From NCBI GenBank assembly GCA_021413925.1, contig JAIOPL010000004.1, positions 128,004 through 192,003 on the forward strand: a stretch of 64,000 nucleotides of DNA, given 5' to 3'. The stretch is from Verrucomicrobiota bacterium (GTDB lineage: Bacteria > Verrucomicrobiota > Verrucomicrobiia > Chthoniobacterales > UBA6821). Below are positions 54,835-64,000 of this stretch, piece after piece; the first letter of the stretch is position 1; every line of letters begins with the position of its first letter. The notes below the pieces were generated by a model. It was given only the letters and a program-made list of their open reading frames with translations, was not told the DNA's origin and ran no database searches. The position numbers and the translations under genes are program-made.

Positions 54835-57819
54835 CTAGTTTTTGTGAGAGGATTTCTTCGGATTCTGTTGTTTGGAAGAGGCATCCTGTATTGATTTCAT
54901 GAGTCTCTGCTCGAGATGAGAGGACTCAGGCGATAAAGCGTCCTGGTCCGCCTTGAGAGCCTGCTGGAAGGCTGGATCCTGTGACACCTGTTGGAAGATC
55001 TGCTCACGGCTGATTTGCTGAAGTGCGGTGTTTCCCCCGAGCTGAATTGCACGATGCAGGTTGGTGAACGCCGCTTCCCGCTGCCCCGTGATGAGATCGT
55101 ATTTTGCAATGGTGAATGGGATATCCCACTGGTCGGGTTGCGCTTTCTCGAGAACTTTTGCAACTTCCAGCGCCTGAGGAATGCGTCCCTGGGTGGCATA
55201 GAAGTTGATCATGTCCCTGAGGAATGAGATGTCTTTGGGCGTCGCTGCGATGGCATTGGAGATGGTCGCGTCGACATCGCCCATGCGTCCCAGAATCATG
55301 AGGCTTTGAAGGACCGGCGCCAGTGCCTGCCTGTTGGTTGGGTTGACCTGTAGTGCTGCGAGTTGCATCGGGAGATCCTTGGAAGCCTTCAGTCTAGCTT
55401 CCGTGGCCACGGTCAGGCGCTGAAGCACTTTGCTGTTGGGATCCATCGGTAGGAACCCCGCCACGAGATCTCGGGCATCCAGGAAACGTCCCTCCTGCCA
55501 GAGCAGATTGACGAGATTGCTGGTGGTCTCGGTATTCGCCGGCCAGAGCGAGAGAGCCTGTCTGTAAGCACGCTCCGCTTCCGAACGCATGTTGCGGAAG
55601 GCATAGATGTTGCCGCCGGTATTGCGCAGTTTGGCAAAGGAGTGAAGGGCCAGATCGTCATTGCGGAAACCGGGTACGGAATCGAGTTTCTTGATGTAAT
55701 CATCCCACCAAGCCAGATCCTTCTCAGCAGTTCCGGGAGGCAGGGCGTCCATTTTGTCATGGGCGATCTCGTAGCAAAGCCCGTGCGGGATGGCGTAAGG
55801 ATAGGACCATTGCATGGGGAAGCTCTCCTCCACATAGAAATGCCGGGGAGTCCCGTCTTTCTTGTCACGGTTGCGCAGGAAGATCCATTCGGCCACAGCC
55901 GAGTTCAGCGCGACAGGATCGCTCTGAGGGTTAGGCATTGCCTGGGGATTTTTCTGGTACTGATTCATCAGCACCTCGAAGAGGGCCATGATATCCTCCC
56001 GATGGGGAAGGGTTAGGGTCTCATTCGGATAGGTGTGATCGCGGCCAAGAAGCTTCTCGAACCACCCAAAGGTTGTCGGGCGCTCCGTGGTGTAGTGGGA
56101 GCGGATGTAACGATTGTAGAAGGTGTCGGCCAGGGCGTTCTGAGTCACGATGTAGAGATCCCGACGGTCGAAGTTCGGATCCCGCTTCGTTTTTTCGAAG
56201 CTTTCGCCAAAGACCATGTAGGTTGGCACAAAACGGCCGGGGTCGGTCCCACCGAAAACAAAGCTATCCTTCGGCAGGTCGACGAGCATGTCGTGCCCGT
56301 ACATCCATCCGAACCAGTGACCATGCTGGTCGCTTTTGGGATAGCAGAGGACCAGGGTGTAGAGCGCTGTAGCTGTTGCCAAAGCAGGTATAATCCATCG
56401 ATTAATGCGCTCCCATCTCCGAGATTGAGCAATTACTGCAGCGGCGCCAAGTCCTGCGATTAGGAGAAAAAATCCGTAGCAAAGACCCTGCCAAGGTTTC
56501 TGAGAACCCCATCCTGCATTATCATAACCCAAAGGAAATGAAATGGGCTGCAAAAATGCGGAAAGGCAAAATCCGATGACCAAAAGATAAAACCAGATTC
56601 TCTGTTCGCGTGAAAGTCGCCAGAAAAGGAGAAAAGCTGCAAAAACGCCCAAAATGGGCAGTGGTGAAATGTTCTGTACCAGCACTGCCCAGAAAATTTT
56701 GCAGAATCCTCCAAAAGACTGAAGAGTCGTCTCTTCATCTGGTGACTTGGGGCCCTTTTGTTTTTCCGCCGGGGGCATGCCAACCACCCTCCCGATGCAT
56801 GCTTGGAGTTGATCGACCAGGGTTCCCCCATATTGAGATCTATTGATCGCATAGAAGAATCCTTCCTTCGTGCTCGTGTAACTCCAGTTCATGGGTGGGT
56901 TCGTGGAGGAGGCGAAGGGCATGTAGAGATACGGAAGCAAACCCGCTACGACAGCGATGGGAATGAGCAAGCCGAGACGCCACTCGGTAAGCTTTCGACG
57001 TATGAGAACGAGGAGCAATAAGGCGGCCCAAGCAATATAAAATAACCTCACAGAAGTTTTCCAGACATCCGGCAACTGGGAAAGATTCGCAAACCCCATA
57101 TAGAGCCCGCTGGCGACGATCAGACTGTAAACAGTGTATTCCCAGAACAGATTTGCGTGGAGCAGCAGAATGACCAGCAATGGCAGTATGGCCATTGCCA
57201 AAGTCATGTGGTGATTGCTCATGCCGAGCGAGAAGATAAAAATGACCCAGACAAATGCATTTTTCCAATGCGGACGTCTGATCCAGACATAACAGATCAT
57301 GATGAAAATCATCATCATGCAGATATGAAGAGCGTAGAGACCCTTGCCGATCACCGCTTGAGACCAAACAGGAGTACACCAGATGAAGGTGAGTGTGACG
57401 GCGCCTGATAGAATCGTGGCAGGCTTCTTTGCTACCCCCAGCCAGCGGGTGGCGCTTAGAGATATGAGAGAGAAGAGGGCAGCTGCTATGGCCGAGCAGA
57501 GCCCGGAGAAAAGATTGATCTTCCAGGATCCATTGCCAAAGGGGAGAAGGTGGCTGAAGAGTCCTGCCAGGATCGTCCAGAGAGGGTAGCCTGATGGGTG
57601 CATGACCCCGAAGTGCAGGGCCGCCGTGGCCATCTCGCCATCGTCGTTGAGGCCGATGTTCGGCATCACGGTCGCCCAATATGTAACCAGAGCGATCAGG
57701 AAGGCGATCAGCGAGTTCCACCGTTCGTAGGAGTCGAAAACGTGGAAGGGATGAACTCGTTCTTCTACCGAGACGGCAGATTCAGGAATGGAGGAAGGCG
57801 TAATGTCCGTAGAGCTCAT
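54835..57819 (-). CDS. DUF2723/TMEM260-like GT-C membrane protein with C-terminal TPR domain
   Basis: 994-aa protein. The N-terminal loop NDDGEMATAALHFGVMHPSGYPLW matches the DUF2723 pattern as I recall it. It has more than 10 TM helices over about 500 aa and C-terminal TPR-like repeats. Confidence 0.78.
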   Translation of the reverse strand: MSSTDITPSSIPESAVSVEERVHPFHVFDSYERWNSLIAFLIALVTYWATVMPNIGLNDDGEMATAALHFGVMHPSGYPLWTILAGLFSHLLPFGNGSWKINLFSGLCSAIAAALFSLISLSATRWLGVAKKPATILSGAVTLTFIWCTPVWSQAVIGKGLYALHICMMMIFIMICYVWIRRPHWKNAFVWVIFIFSLGMSNHHMTLAMAILPLLVILLLHANLFWEYTVYSLIVASGLYMGFANLSQLPDVWKTSVRLFYIAWAALLLLVLIRRKLTEWRLGLLIPIAVVAGLLPYLYMPFASSTNPPMNWSYTSTKEGFFYAINRSQYGGTLVDQLQACIGRVVGMPPAEKQKGPKSPDEETTLQSFGGFCKIFWAVLVQNISPLPILGVFAAFLLFWRLSREQRIWFYLLVIGFCLSAFLQPISFPLGYDNAGWGSQKPWQGLCYGFFLLIAGLGAAAVIAQSRRWERINRWIIPALATATALYTLVLCYPKSDQHGHWFGWMYGHDMLVDLPKDSFVFGGTDPGRFVPTYMVFGESFEKTKRDPNFDRRDLYIVTQNALADTFYNRYIRSHYTTERPTTFGWFEKLLGRDHTYPNETLTLPHREDIMALFEVLMNQYQKNPQAMPNPQSDPVALNSAVAEWIFLRNRDKKDGTPRHFYVEESFPMQWSYPYAIPHGLCYEIAHDKMDALPPGTAEKDLAWWDDYIKKLDSVPGFRNDDLALHSFAKLRNTGGNIYAFRNMRSEAERAYRQALSLWPANTETTSNLVNLLWQEGRFLDARDLVAGFLPMDPNSKVLQRLTVATEARLKASKDLPMQLAALQVNPTNRQALAPVLQSLMILGRMGDVDATISNAIAATPKDISFLRDMINFYATQGRIPQALEVAKVLEKAQPDQWDIPFTIAKYDLITGQREAAFTNLHRAIQLGGNTALQQISREQIFQQVSQDPAFQQALKADQDALSPESSHLEQRLMKSIQDASSKQQNPKKSSHKN

Positions 57820-57872
57820 TGGGGTAGATGTAAAAAGAGAGTTTGTTCGGGGGATTGAAGCAGGAGCGAATC

Positions 57873-58616
57873 TCAGGATTGCTTGGCGCGGGGGGATCTG
57901 CGAAATCCGCTGTTAATCAGGAGGCCCCAGACCATGAGGAGTGCTTCCACAACGATCTTCTTGGACATCTTGGAGACCCCTTCGATGCGATCTGCGAAGA
58001 TGATGGGAACCTCGGTAACCTTGAAATCCCGCATCCAGGTTCGGTGATTCATCTCGATCTGGAAGCCGTAGCCGTTCGATTTCACGGAGGGAAGGTCGAT
58101 TGCTTCCAGGGTCTTGCGGCGCCAGCACTTGAAGCCCCCGGTGGGATCCCAGACCGGAAGTCCTGTGATCCATTTGACGTAGTAAGAGGCCCCTACGCTG
58201 AGCACAAGTCGCTTGAGGGGCCAATTGATGACGCGGATCCCGCCTGCGTATCGGGAACCGATGGCCAGGTCTGCGCCCGTTGTCCGGATACCTTGCAGGA
58301 GTTTCGGTACATCCTCAGGGCTGTGTGAAAAATCCGCATCCATCTGGATGACAAAGTCGTAGCCGTGCTCGAGAGCCCATTGGAATCCCGCCACGTAGGC
58401 GCGACCCAAGCCGTTTTTAGCGGTGCGAGAGAGGAGGTGCAGGCGCGGATCGCGTATTGCGGTCTCCGCTACCCATTGTCCTGTGCCATCCGGTGATCCA
58501 TCATCGACAACCAAGATCTCGACAGGCTCAGGTAACGCAAAGAGACGCTCGACCAGATTTGGGAGGTTCTCTCTCTCGTTATAGGTGGGGACGACGACAA
58601 GTGTACGTTCGGACAT
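57873..58616 (-). CDS. Polyprenol-phosphate mannose synthase (GT2, Dpm1/Ppm1-like)
   Basis: 247-aa protein with VVPTYNERENL, VVDDGSPDGT and QMDADFSHSPED motifs characteristic of Dpm1-type synthases. Confidence 0.88.
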   Translation of the reverse strand: MSERTLVVVPTYNERENLPNLVERLFALPEPVEILVVDDGSPDGTGQWVAETAIRDPRLHLLSRTAKNGLGRAYVAGFQWALEHGYDFVIQMDADFSHSPEDVPKLLQGIRTTGADLAIGSRYAGGIRVINWPLKRLVLSVGASYYVKWITGLPVWDPTGGFKCWRRKTLEAIDLPSVKSNGYGFQIEMNHRTWMRDFKVTEVPIIFADRIEGVSKMSKKIVVEALLMVWGLLINSGFRRSPRAKQS

Positions 58617-58714
58617 GGTTACGATAGAAGAGTGGTTAAATTAGCCTCTCTTCCCATCGCGTCGAGCGTCAAAAATCGAGGAAGGACGGGTCTCTTTCAT
58701 TCGTTTGCACCACC

Positions 58715-60229
58715 TTATTTTGGATTGGCCAAGGAATCTGACTTGGCTGGGATGCCATATTCGCTCCTGAGTTGAGCTTCTTCTGATCCGAGTGATGCGT
58801 TATCCAGATAGATAGGCCCTGCGGAGCCTTCTAGTTCAATGCGTTGGAAGCCGTTTTTGGGATGCTTTGCCGCCTCGTTCACGTCAGCTAGTCCATGGAT
58901 CGGCATGCCGTTGATATTCACCACTACCTTGTTGGCAAGTTCCTGAAGTCCGATGGTCTGCGATGAAGGGAGGACCTTTGAGATGATGACCAGTCTCTTC
59001 TGATCTTTCGGCAAATCTTCCTGAAATGCATCAAGGGCAACGAGATTCTGAGGGGCGTCGCTTCTCCAGTTTACTCCCCATTCGCGGAGGTAGGGTCTGC
59101 TCAGCTCCTGAAAGAGAAGCCCCCCCAGAAAGGTGTACGGAACAGAGTCGCCATGCAGGCGTGCTGCACTGATTTCGGCCAGGGTATTCCTTCCCCCTAG
59201 CGTCAGCGTTGCCGTTCCCAGCGTGCCGGTCCCTTCACCGGCGCTCCGGAAGTACACAATTTCACCTTTGTCTCCGGGTGCGGATTCTAGGGTGGCAAGA
59301 TTGCTGAAGTTGATTTTTCCGAGGCGAGGGTCTGTGTAGTTTCCCTCGCCATCGATGGCCTTGCCGCCTGCCCGTACGATGAGATCCCCCTTCCGGAGGC
59401 CTGCTTTCTCCGCCGGGCCTCCTGAATCAAGGGACGTGATGATGACACCATTGAGGTCTTTTCCTGTACCAAGCCATTCGCGCAATGTCCTTCCGCGAGC
59501 CTCTCCGTAGGTCAGTCCGGCGCGCGCTAATCCCGAGTAGCCGGGCTTGGCGTATTCCTTCAGGAAGCGCCCGATCAGCGGTGAGGGTATAATGTCAGCC
59601 GATTGAGTGCGTGGATCGTAACGCATCACGAGGCCTGCGAGTTTTCCCTCATGCAGCGCGGGAATGACAAAGCTTCCCTCCCGTTGAGGGATCGTCGTGG
59701 AAGCACGATAGAGCAGGTAAGCTCCTCCATCTGATGAATAAGGCATCACCGCGACCGTGGTCAAACTGGCCGGACTGAGAGCTGGCGCTCCGTTAGGCTC
59801 GAGTTGGAGAATCTGAACCGTACTCCCGGGCGTGATCATCGCGTCAAGTGAGAGAGGATGGGTTCCCTTGAGGAGTTCAGGTTCCACCGGCTTGATGACT
59901 GCCAGATTGCATTCCTCGTCGATCGCCTCCACCGTGGCGCTCCCCTTCGGTCCATCCTCCGGCTTCTCCAAGCAGATGTAGCTCGCATGGGCAACCATGT
60001 CCGCAGTGACTAGGAGTCGTCCTCCCTCGATGATCGTCCCAAGTCCGATGCGGGTGAACGGCTTCTTCTTGAGCCAGGGGCGCTTGTTATCGGGATATTG
60101 GATTGTCGATGTGACCCGGAGGACTGATTCACCTAGCCTTTGCGAAGGCGTATTCTTTTCCTGGCAAGCCGTCACGAGTGACAGACCCGCAAGTGAAAGT
60201 AACCGAATCATGGGAAGGAATCTTTTCAT
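58715..60229 (-). CDS. Deg/HtrA-like lipoprotein with PDZ domain, catalytic triad apparently lost (pseudoprotease)
   Basis: It is a paralogue of the upstream protease. By-eye alignment puts Met, Asn and Glu at the His, Asp and Ser positions (TADMVA, ECNLAV and PQREGSF against TNAHVV, DCDLAL and PGNSGGP). The ATG at 60229 gives MKRFLPMIRLLSLAGLSLVTAC with a lipobox. Confidence 0.7.
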   Translation of the reverse strand: MKRFLPMIRLLSLAGLSLVTACQEKNTPSQRLGESVLRVTSTIQYPDNKRPWLKKKPFTRIGLGTIIEGGRLLVTADMVAHASYICLEKPEDGPKGSATVEAIDEECNLAVIKPVEPELLKGTHPLSLDAMITPGSTVQILQLEPNGAPALSPASLTTVAVMPYSSDGGAYLLYRASTTIPQREGSFVIPALHEGKLAGLVMRYDPRTQSADIIPSPLIGRFLKEYAKPGYSGLARAGLTYGEARGRTLREWLGTGKDLNGVIITSLDSGGPAEKAGLRKGDLIVRAGGKAIDGEGNYTDPRLGKINFSNLATLESAPGDKGEIVYFRSAGEGTGTLGTATLTLGGRNTLAEISAARLHGDSVPYTFLGGLLFQELSRPYLREWGVNWRSDAPQNLVALDAFQEDLPKDQKRLVIISKVLPSSQTIGLQELANKVVVNINGMPIHGLADVNEAAKHPKNGFQRIELEGSAGPIYLDNASLGSEEAQLRSEYGIPAKSDSLANPK

Positions 60230-60256
60230 CGTTGGTCGTTTCGGCACCTGAGATCC

Positions 60257-61753
60257 TTAGAGATTCCGGGGGGAGGGGATGCTGTAGGTTTGCATGATGC
60301 GGGGATTCGCCTTCAGTACCGCTTCACGGCTGAGGACAATCGGTGCACCGATGCCATCCAGGATCACGACATCGTAGCGGGCCGGCTGATCGAATGCCGC
60401 GCTGACATCGGCGAGTGAGCGGATTTTCCTGCCGTTGATCGAGTCCACGATTCCCGGACGGAGACCGTCGCATCCCTTGTGGATGGGATCGGCCAGCACC
60501 CTACTCAGAACGACGATCTCGGGTCGTTGCAGGTAGAGATGTTTTTCCGCGAAGTTCTCAAAGGCCCGCTTGATCCTCAGATCGGCCATGCTATCCGCAT
60601 TCAGGAAGTTTCTGTCGAGGGGTTGGAAAAGTAGTCCCCCGTGGAGTAGATAGCGGGGCTTCTCATCATAGGCGTTTCCCTGCATTCGGAAGGGCCAGTT
60701 TCCTACCATGGGGAATTCCACTGCAATGGTGGCGCCTTGCCTCAGGACATCGAAGCGAACCTTCTCACCCTCGAACTTCTGTTCCACCACCTCAGTCATA
60801 TCGACCGACTGCCCGTCGAGTTCGACGCGTCCGTTACTTGCAATGGGATGACTATCGATCGAGAGAAGCACATCCCCTTTTTGAAGGAACCCATGGGAGG
60901 AGCCCTTCTCCTGCACGTCGGTGACGAGCACCCCCCGGTCATCATCTGGCAAGCCGAGGGCCTTCCGGGAAGATGTACTGAGCAGAGGCCTGAAAGCGAT
61001 CGAGAGATCCGTGTATCCTGTGTAGGATCCCTTCGAGAGATCCTTGAGGAATCGCCCAATCACCGGGATCGGTATCATGAATCCGACATTCTGCGCAACT
61101 TCCCCCGAATAGCCCTGGAAGGCGACCCCTACCACCTTCCCATCCTGAAGGACCGGGCCGCCGCTGTTGCCGGGATTGATCGCGGCATCAATCTGGATCA
61201 CCAGGTGCGAATCGACTCCGGAATGCGTGTACAAGTCGAAATCGATCTTAGAGACCACGCCCCTGGTCACACTGAGGCGTTCCCCTCCCAGCGGATATCC
61301 ATAGACACTCACGCCACTCTCGATAAGGGGGACCCCGCCGAGTTCCAGGGGTACAGTTCCCTCGAAGAAGCCAGGCTCATCAACGCTCAGGAGTGCCAGA
61401 TCACAATCATGGGCAATGAACTCCACATGGGCCGTGTAAGGATGACTCACCCGTTCGCGGGTGAGCGTGATGAAGCGTGCATTGCTGACCACATGGGCAT
61501 TGGTCAGGATCTGCTTTTTCCCGCTAGGAGCGACGATGACGAATCCCGAGCCGATGCCTCCTCCGATATGACCCGCATTCCATGGGGAGGCATAGTCCGC
61601 TTCCTGATCCGTCACTTCGATCCTCACAATGCTTGCCGAGAGGTTTTGCCCGACAGCGGCCCCCCGGTTCTCGGAAGTAGGATCCTTGGCGCTCAGAGAG
61701 GGAGCCATCGCTAGAATGAGGCTCATCATGGGAAGGAGTTTCCGGCAGCTCAT
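60257..61753 (-). CDS. Trypsin-like serine protease with PDZ-type C-terminal domains (Deg/HtrA family)
   Basis: The catalytic motifs TNAHVV, HDCDLALL and NPGNSGGPV are present. The ATG at 61753 gives the signal peptide MSCRKLLPMMSLILAMAPSLSA. The track start at 61792 is TTG. Confidence 0.85.
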   Translation of the reverse strand: MSCRKLLPMMSLILAMAPSLSAKDPTSENRGAAVGQNLSASIVRIEVTDQEADYASPWNAGHIGGGIGSGFVIVAPSGKKQILTNAHVVSNARFITLTRERVSHPYTAHVEFIAHDCDLALLSVDEPGFFEGTVPLELGGVPLIESGVSVYGYPLGGERLSVTRGVVSKIDFDLYTHSGVDSHLVIQIDAAINPGNSGGPVLQDGKVVGVAFQGYSGEVAQNVGFMIPIPVIGRFLKDLSKGSYTGYTDLSIAFRPLLSTSSRKALGLPDDDRGVLVTDVQEKGSSHGFLQKGDVLLSIDSHPIASNGRVELDGQSVDMTEVVEQKFEGEKVRFDVLRQGATIAVEFPMVGNWPFRMQGNAYDEKPRYLLHGGLLFQPLDRNFLNADSMADLRIKRAFENFAEKHLYLQRPEIVVLSRVLADPIHKGCDGLRPGIVDSINGRKIRSLADVSAAFDQPARYDVVILDGIGAPIVLSREAVLKANPRIMQTYSIPSPRNL

Positions 61754-61844
61754 GTGATGGGAGAGACTCGCCCAAGCGTCTGCGGAGTGCAACCCTTCGA
61801 GAATGACGTTGCCGCACCCTCACGAATCCCTCATTATTTCATCA

Positions 61845-62501
61845 ATGTCTAATCCTTGGGGTGTTCTTTTTGATTGGGACGGTGTCGTGATCGATTCCTC
61901 CTCCCAGCATGAGCGTTCTTGGGAGCTTTTGGCCTCTGAACGGGGACTTATTCTGCCCGAAGGACATTTCAAGGCCGGATTCGGCAAGAAGAACGAGGTG
62001 ATCATCCCGGCTCTGGGCTGGGGGGATGATCCTGCTCTTGTCCGGGAGTTGGCCGATCGGAAGGAGGATCTCTACCGCCAGCTTGTCGCCGCCGAGGGAG
62101 TCATTGTGTTGCCTGGTGCCCGCGAATTACTTATTGCCCTGAAGGAGGCCGGGATTCCACGTGCTGTTGGATCTTCCACCCCGAGGGGTAATCTGGATGC
62201 CCTTTTTGCAGCCACCGGTCTGGATGCTTTCTTCGATCAGGTTGTCTGCGGTAGCGATGTTCTGCTTGGGAAGCCCGACCCCGAGGTTTTCCTGAAGGGA
62301 GCCGATCTTCTCGGACTTCCTCCCCAGCGCTGCCTTGTCATTGAGGATGCCTTTGCGGGGATCGAAGCCGCGAGACGCGGGGGAATGAAGGTCGTTGGCG
62401 TCGCCACGACTAACCCGCTCTCCTCCCTGAGTGAGTGCGATCTAGCCGTCGAGAAACTGCTCGAGGTTTCCCCATCCAAGCTTGTGGCATTGCTGAACTG
62501 A
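61845..62501 (+). CDS. HAD-superfamily hydrolase (beta-phosphoglucomutase-like, subfamily IA)
   Basis: It has the motifs LFDWDGVVIDS (DxD), GSSTPR, KPDPEVF and EDAFAGIEAARRGGM. The ATG at 61845 is used. Confidence 0.8.
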   Translation: MSNPWGVLFDWDGVVIDSSSQHERSWELLASERGLILPEGHFKAGFGKKNEVIIPALGWGDDPALVRELADRKEDLYRQLVAAEGVIVLPGARELLIALKEAGIPRAVGSSTPRGNLDALFAATGLDAFFDQVVCGSDVLLGKPDPEVFLKGADLLGLPPQRCLVIEDAFAGIEAARRGGMKVVGVATTNPLSSLSECDLAVEKLLEVSPSKLVALLN

Positions 62502-62509
62502 TTTTTTGG

Positions 62510-63808
62510 ATGAATACCGTCGCTACCGTGGATTACCTGCTGATGTGCTTGTTGCCGCTTGTCCTTATCCTTCTGGGTGGGATCTGCGTGATGGCCGATG
62601 TGGTCCTGCTGAAGCGCCGCGGCGATGCCGACTCAGTGACCTCCTATGTGGATGCAAGATCGCGTCCCCGTCCAGGGTTGCGCCTCGCCTCGGTGTTTCT
62701 CTTCACTCTGGCCTCGGTGCTTGCCGCCCGTGATCTCCTGATCCTCGATCATGAGGGATTGGTGATGCTTCTCCCCGCCTGGATCGGGATTGTCACGACG
62801 GTGATTTCCTTCCTGATCCTGCTGTTCGGGATACTGCTTCCGAGAGCTATCGGGGAATCGCTTCATACCTCCCTACCGATCCGGGCCCTCTCCCGCCTGG
62901 CTCGTTGGATGACTATTTGGATCGATCCGCTGGCTGAGTTGGGTTGGGCTTTTGTCGCCTCGACCCTGAAGCTATTTCATCTCGATCCCCGTCGCACCGC
63001 AGAGCAGACCGAGGAAGATGTGCTGCAGATGATGGATGAGGGTTTGGAGAGCGGTGCCTTTGAACCTGCCGAGAAGGAGATGGTGGAGGGGGTGCTCGAT
63101 CTCGACGAGCAGTCTGCGGCTGAACTCATGACCCCTCGCTCCCGGGTGACATGGCTCGATCTTGATGACACGAACGAAGTGAACTGGCGCCGGATCGCCG
63201 GGGCCGGTCACTCCGATTACCCTGTCTTTCAGGGTACTCCTGATAATATCCGAGGCATCGTTTCCGTGAAATCCCTCTGGGCCAACCTCTCCCTCACCGG
63301 CTCAGTGAAACTCACTGACGTGCTCAATCCACCGCTCTTTGTCCCTTCCACCATGATGGCCCCGCGCCTTATCGAGGAGTTCAGGAACACCCGCCGTCAT
63401 GTCGCTCTGGTCGTCGATGAGTTCGGCGTTGTCGAGGGTATGGTCACGCTCAAGGATGTGGTCGAGGCCATCGTCGGCAGATTGCCCGAGCGCGGTGTCC
63501 GCCAGAACTATCCCGAGATCATCACGCGCGAGGATGGGAGTTGGCTTATCGATGCTCAGCTCGATTTTGAGGAGACTGCCCAGGCTATCTCGTTGGAGTT
63601 ATCGGATGAGGAGTTGGAGGCCAATAGGTACCAGACGATCGGCGGGTTTGTCCTGCATCATCTCGGCCATATCCCTGGAGAGGGTGAGAAGTTTCAGCAG
63701 AATGGCTTCCGCTTCGAGGTTGTCGATATGGACCGTCAGCGCATTGACAAGCTGCTTGTCAGTCGTGATCCGAAGCTTTCGTTGGACGAAGAGGCTGCTT
63801 CCCAATGA
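62510..63808 (+). CDS. Hemolysin/CNNM-family protein (DUF21 + CBS pair + CorC_HlyC)
   Basis: It has an N-terminal 4-TM DUF21-like region, a CBS-like middle (MTPRSRVTWLD..., HVALVVDEFGVVEGMVTLKDV) and a C-terminal GFRFEVVDMDRQRIDKLLV segment. The ATG at 62510 is used. Confidence 0.85.
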   Translation: MNTVATVDYLLMCLLPLVLILLGGICVMADVVLLKRRGDADSVTSYVDARSRPRPGLRLASVFLFTLASVLAARDLLILDHEGLVMLLPAWIGIVTTVISFLILLFGILLPRAIGESLHTSLPIRALSRLARWMTIWIDPLAELGWAFVASTLKLFHLDPRRTAEQTEEDVLQMMDEGLESGAFEPAEKEMVEGVLDLDEQSAAELMTPRSRVTWLDLDDTNEVNWRRIAGAGHSDYPVFQGTPDNIRGIVSVKSLWANLSLTGSVKLTDVLNPPLFVPSTMMAPRLIEEFRNTRRHVALVVDEFGVVEGMVTLKDVVEAIVGRLPERGVRQNYPEIITREDGSWLIDAQLDFEETAQAISLELSDEELEANRYQTIGGFVLHHLGHIPGEGEKFQQNGFRFEVVDMDRQRIDKLLVSRDPKLSLDEEAASQ

Positions 63809-64000
63809 TCGCCGCCGCTTATCATCCGGAGCTTTTTCCCATGGAGCGCGTCTGGTGGCTCTACGGACTCTTTCTCCTCATGATTCTTGGAAGTCTCTTT
63901 CTGGACATGCGTCGCAGGAATGGGAATGAGCATGAGATAGGTCACCGTGAGGCCCTCTTCAATCTGCTTCTTTGGGTTTCCTTGGCTCTGCTTTTTTGCG
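63805..64000 (+). CDS. TerC-family integral membrane protein (N-terminal fragment, continues past window)
   Basis: The ATG at 63805 overlaps the upstream TGA (ATGA). WWLYGLFLLMILGSLFLDM...HEIGHREALFNLLLWVSLALLF resembles TerC N-termini. There is no stop before the window end. Confidence 0.65.
   Translation, partial: MIAAAYHPELFPMERVWWLYGLFLLMILGSLFLDMRRRNGNEHEIGHREALFNLLLWVSLALLFC

Noticed and set aside
63700-63810. Looked for a Mn-sensing yybP-ykoY riboswitch upstream of the TerC-family gene.
   Set aside because: The TerC start overlaps the stop of the preceding CNNM-family gene (ATGA). There is no leader region that could hold a riboswitch.

Overview
All protein and RNA family calls below come from motif recognition by eye; no alignment, HMM or folding program was run, and GC statements are eyeball estimates.

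This is a 64-kb chromosomal segment of mid-to-high GC, dominated by housekeeping genes. It is most consistent with a Verrucomicrobiota/PVC-type genome. That placement is an inference from a PEP-CTERM-anchored protein with autotransporter-associated beta-strand repeats, GatCAB, GT-C/TPR glycosyltransferases, and purine-rich intergenic repeats.

Supported content:
- About 58 protein-coding genes:
  - Central metabolism and biosynthesis: ppc, glk, serA, trpEG, argH, fabG, glgA.
  - Translation and RNA: gatC/gatA, rpsA, rpmB, rph, rlmN, smpB, rpoZ, rpoN.
  - A complete F1Fo ATP synthase operon, atpBEFHAGDC.
  - Other housekeeping genes: ychF, obg, tatC, ruvC, lipB.
- One tRNA-Asn(GUU).
- One SRP (4.5S) RNA not explained by the ORF track (42178-42272).
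- A 40-codon Cys-rich lipoprotein gene below the ORF-track cutoff (15109-15231).
- Several intrinsic terminators.
- No transposase, integrase, CRISPR array, rRNA or recognisable defence system.

Observations most worth a second look:
1. A lower-GC cluster at 53.9-58.6 kb encodes a polyprenol-phosphate-mannose synthase, a DUF2723/TMEM260-like GT-C with a TPR domain, and an FkbM methyltransferase. Together with a second TMTC-like GT-C/TPR protein at 30.6-32.5 kb, this suggests an uncharacterised periplasmic glycosylation system.
2. A tandem Deg-like serine protease sits next to a lipoprotein paralogue in which all three catalytic residues appear to be replaced.
3. Two families of dispersed intergenic repeats form inverted pairs. 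One pair supplies the last 40 codons of lipB.
4. The small Cys-rich lipoprotein lies divergent from rpoN.
5. A sigma-54-type -24/-12 motif lies directly upstream of rpoN.
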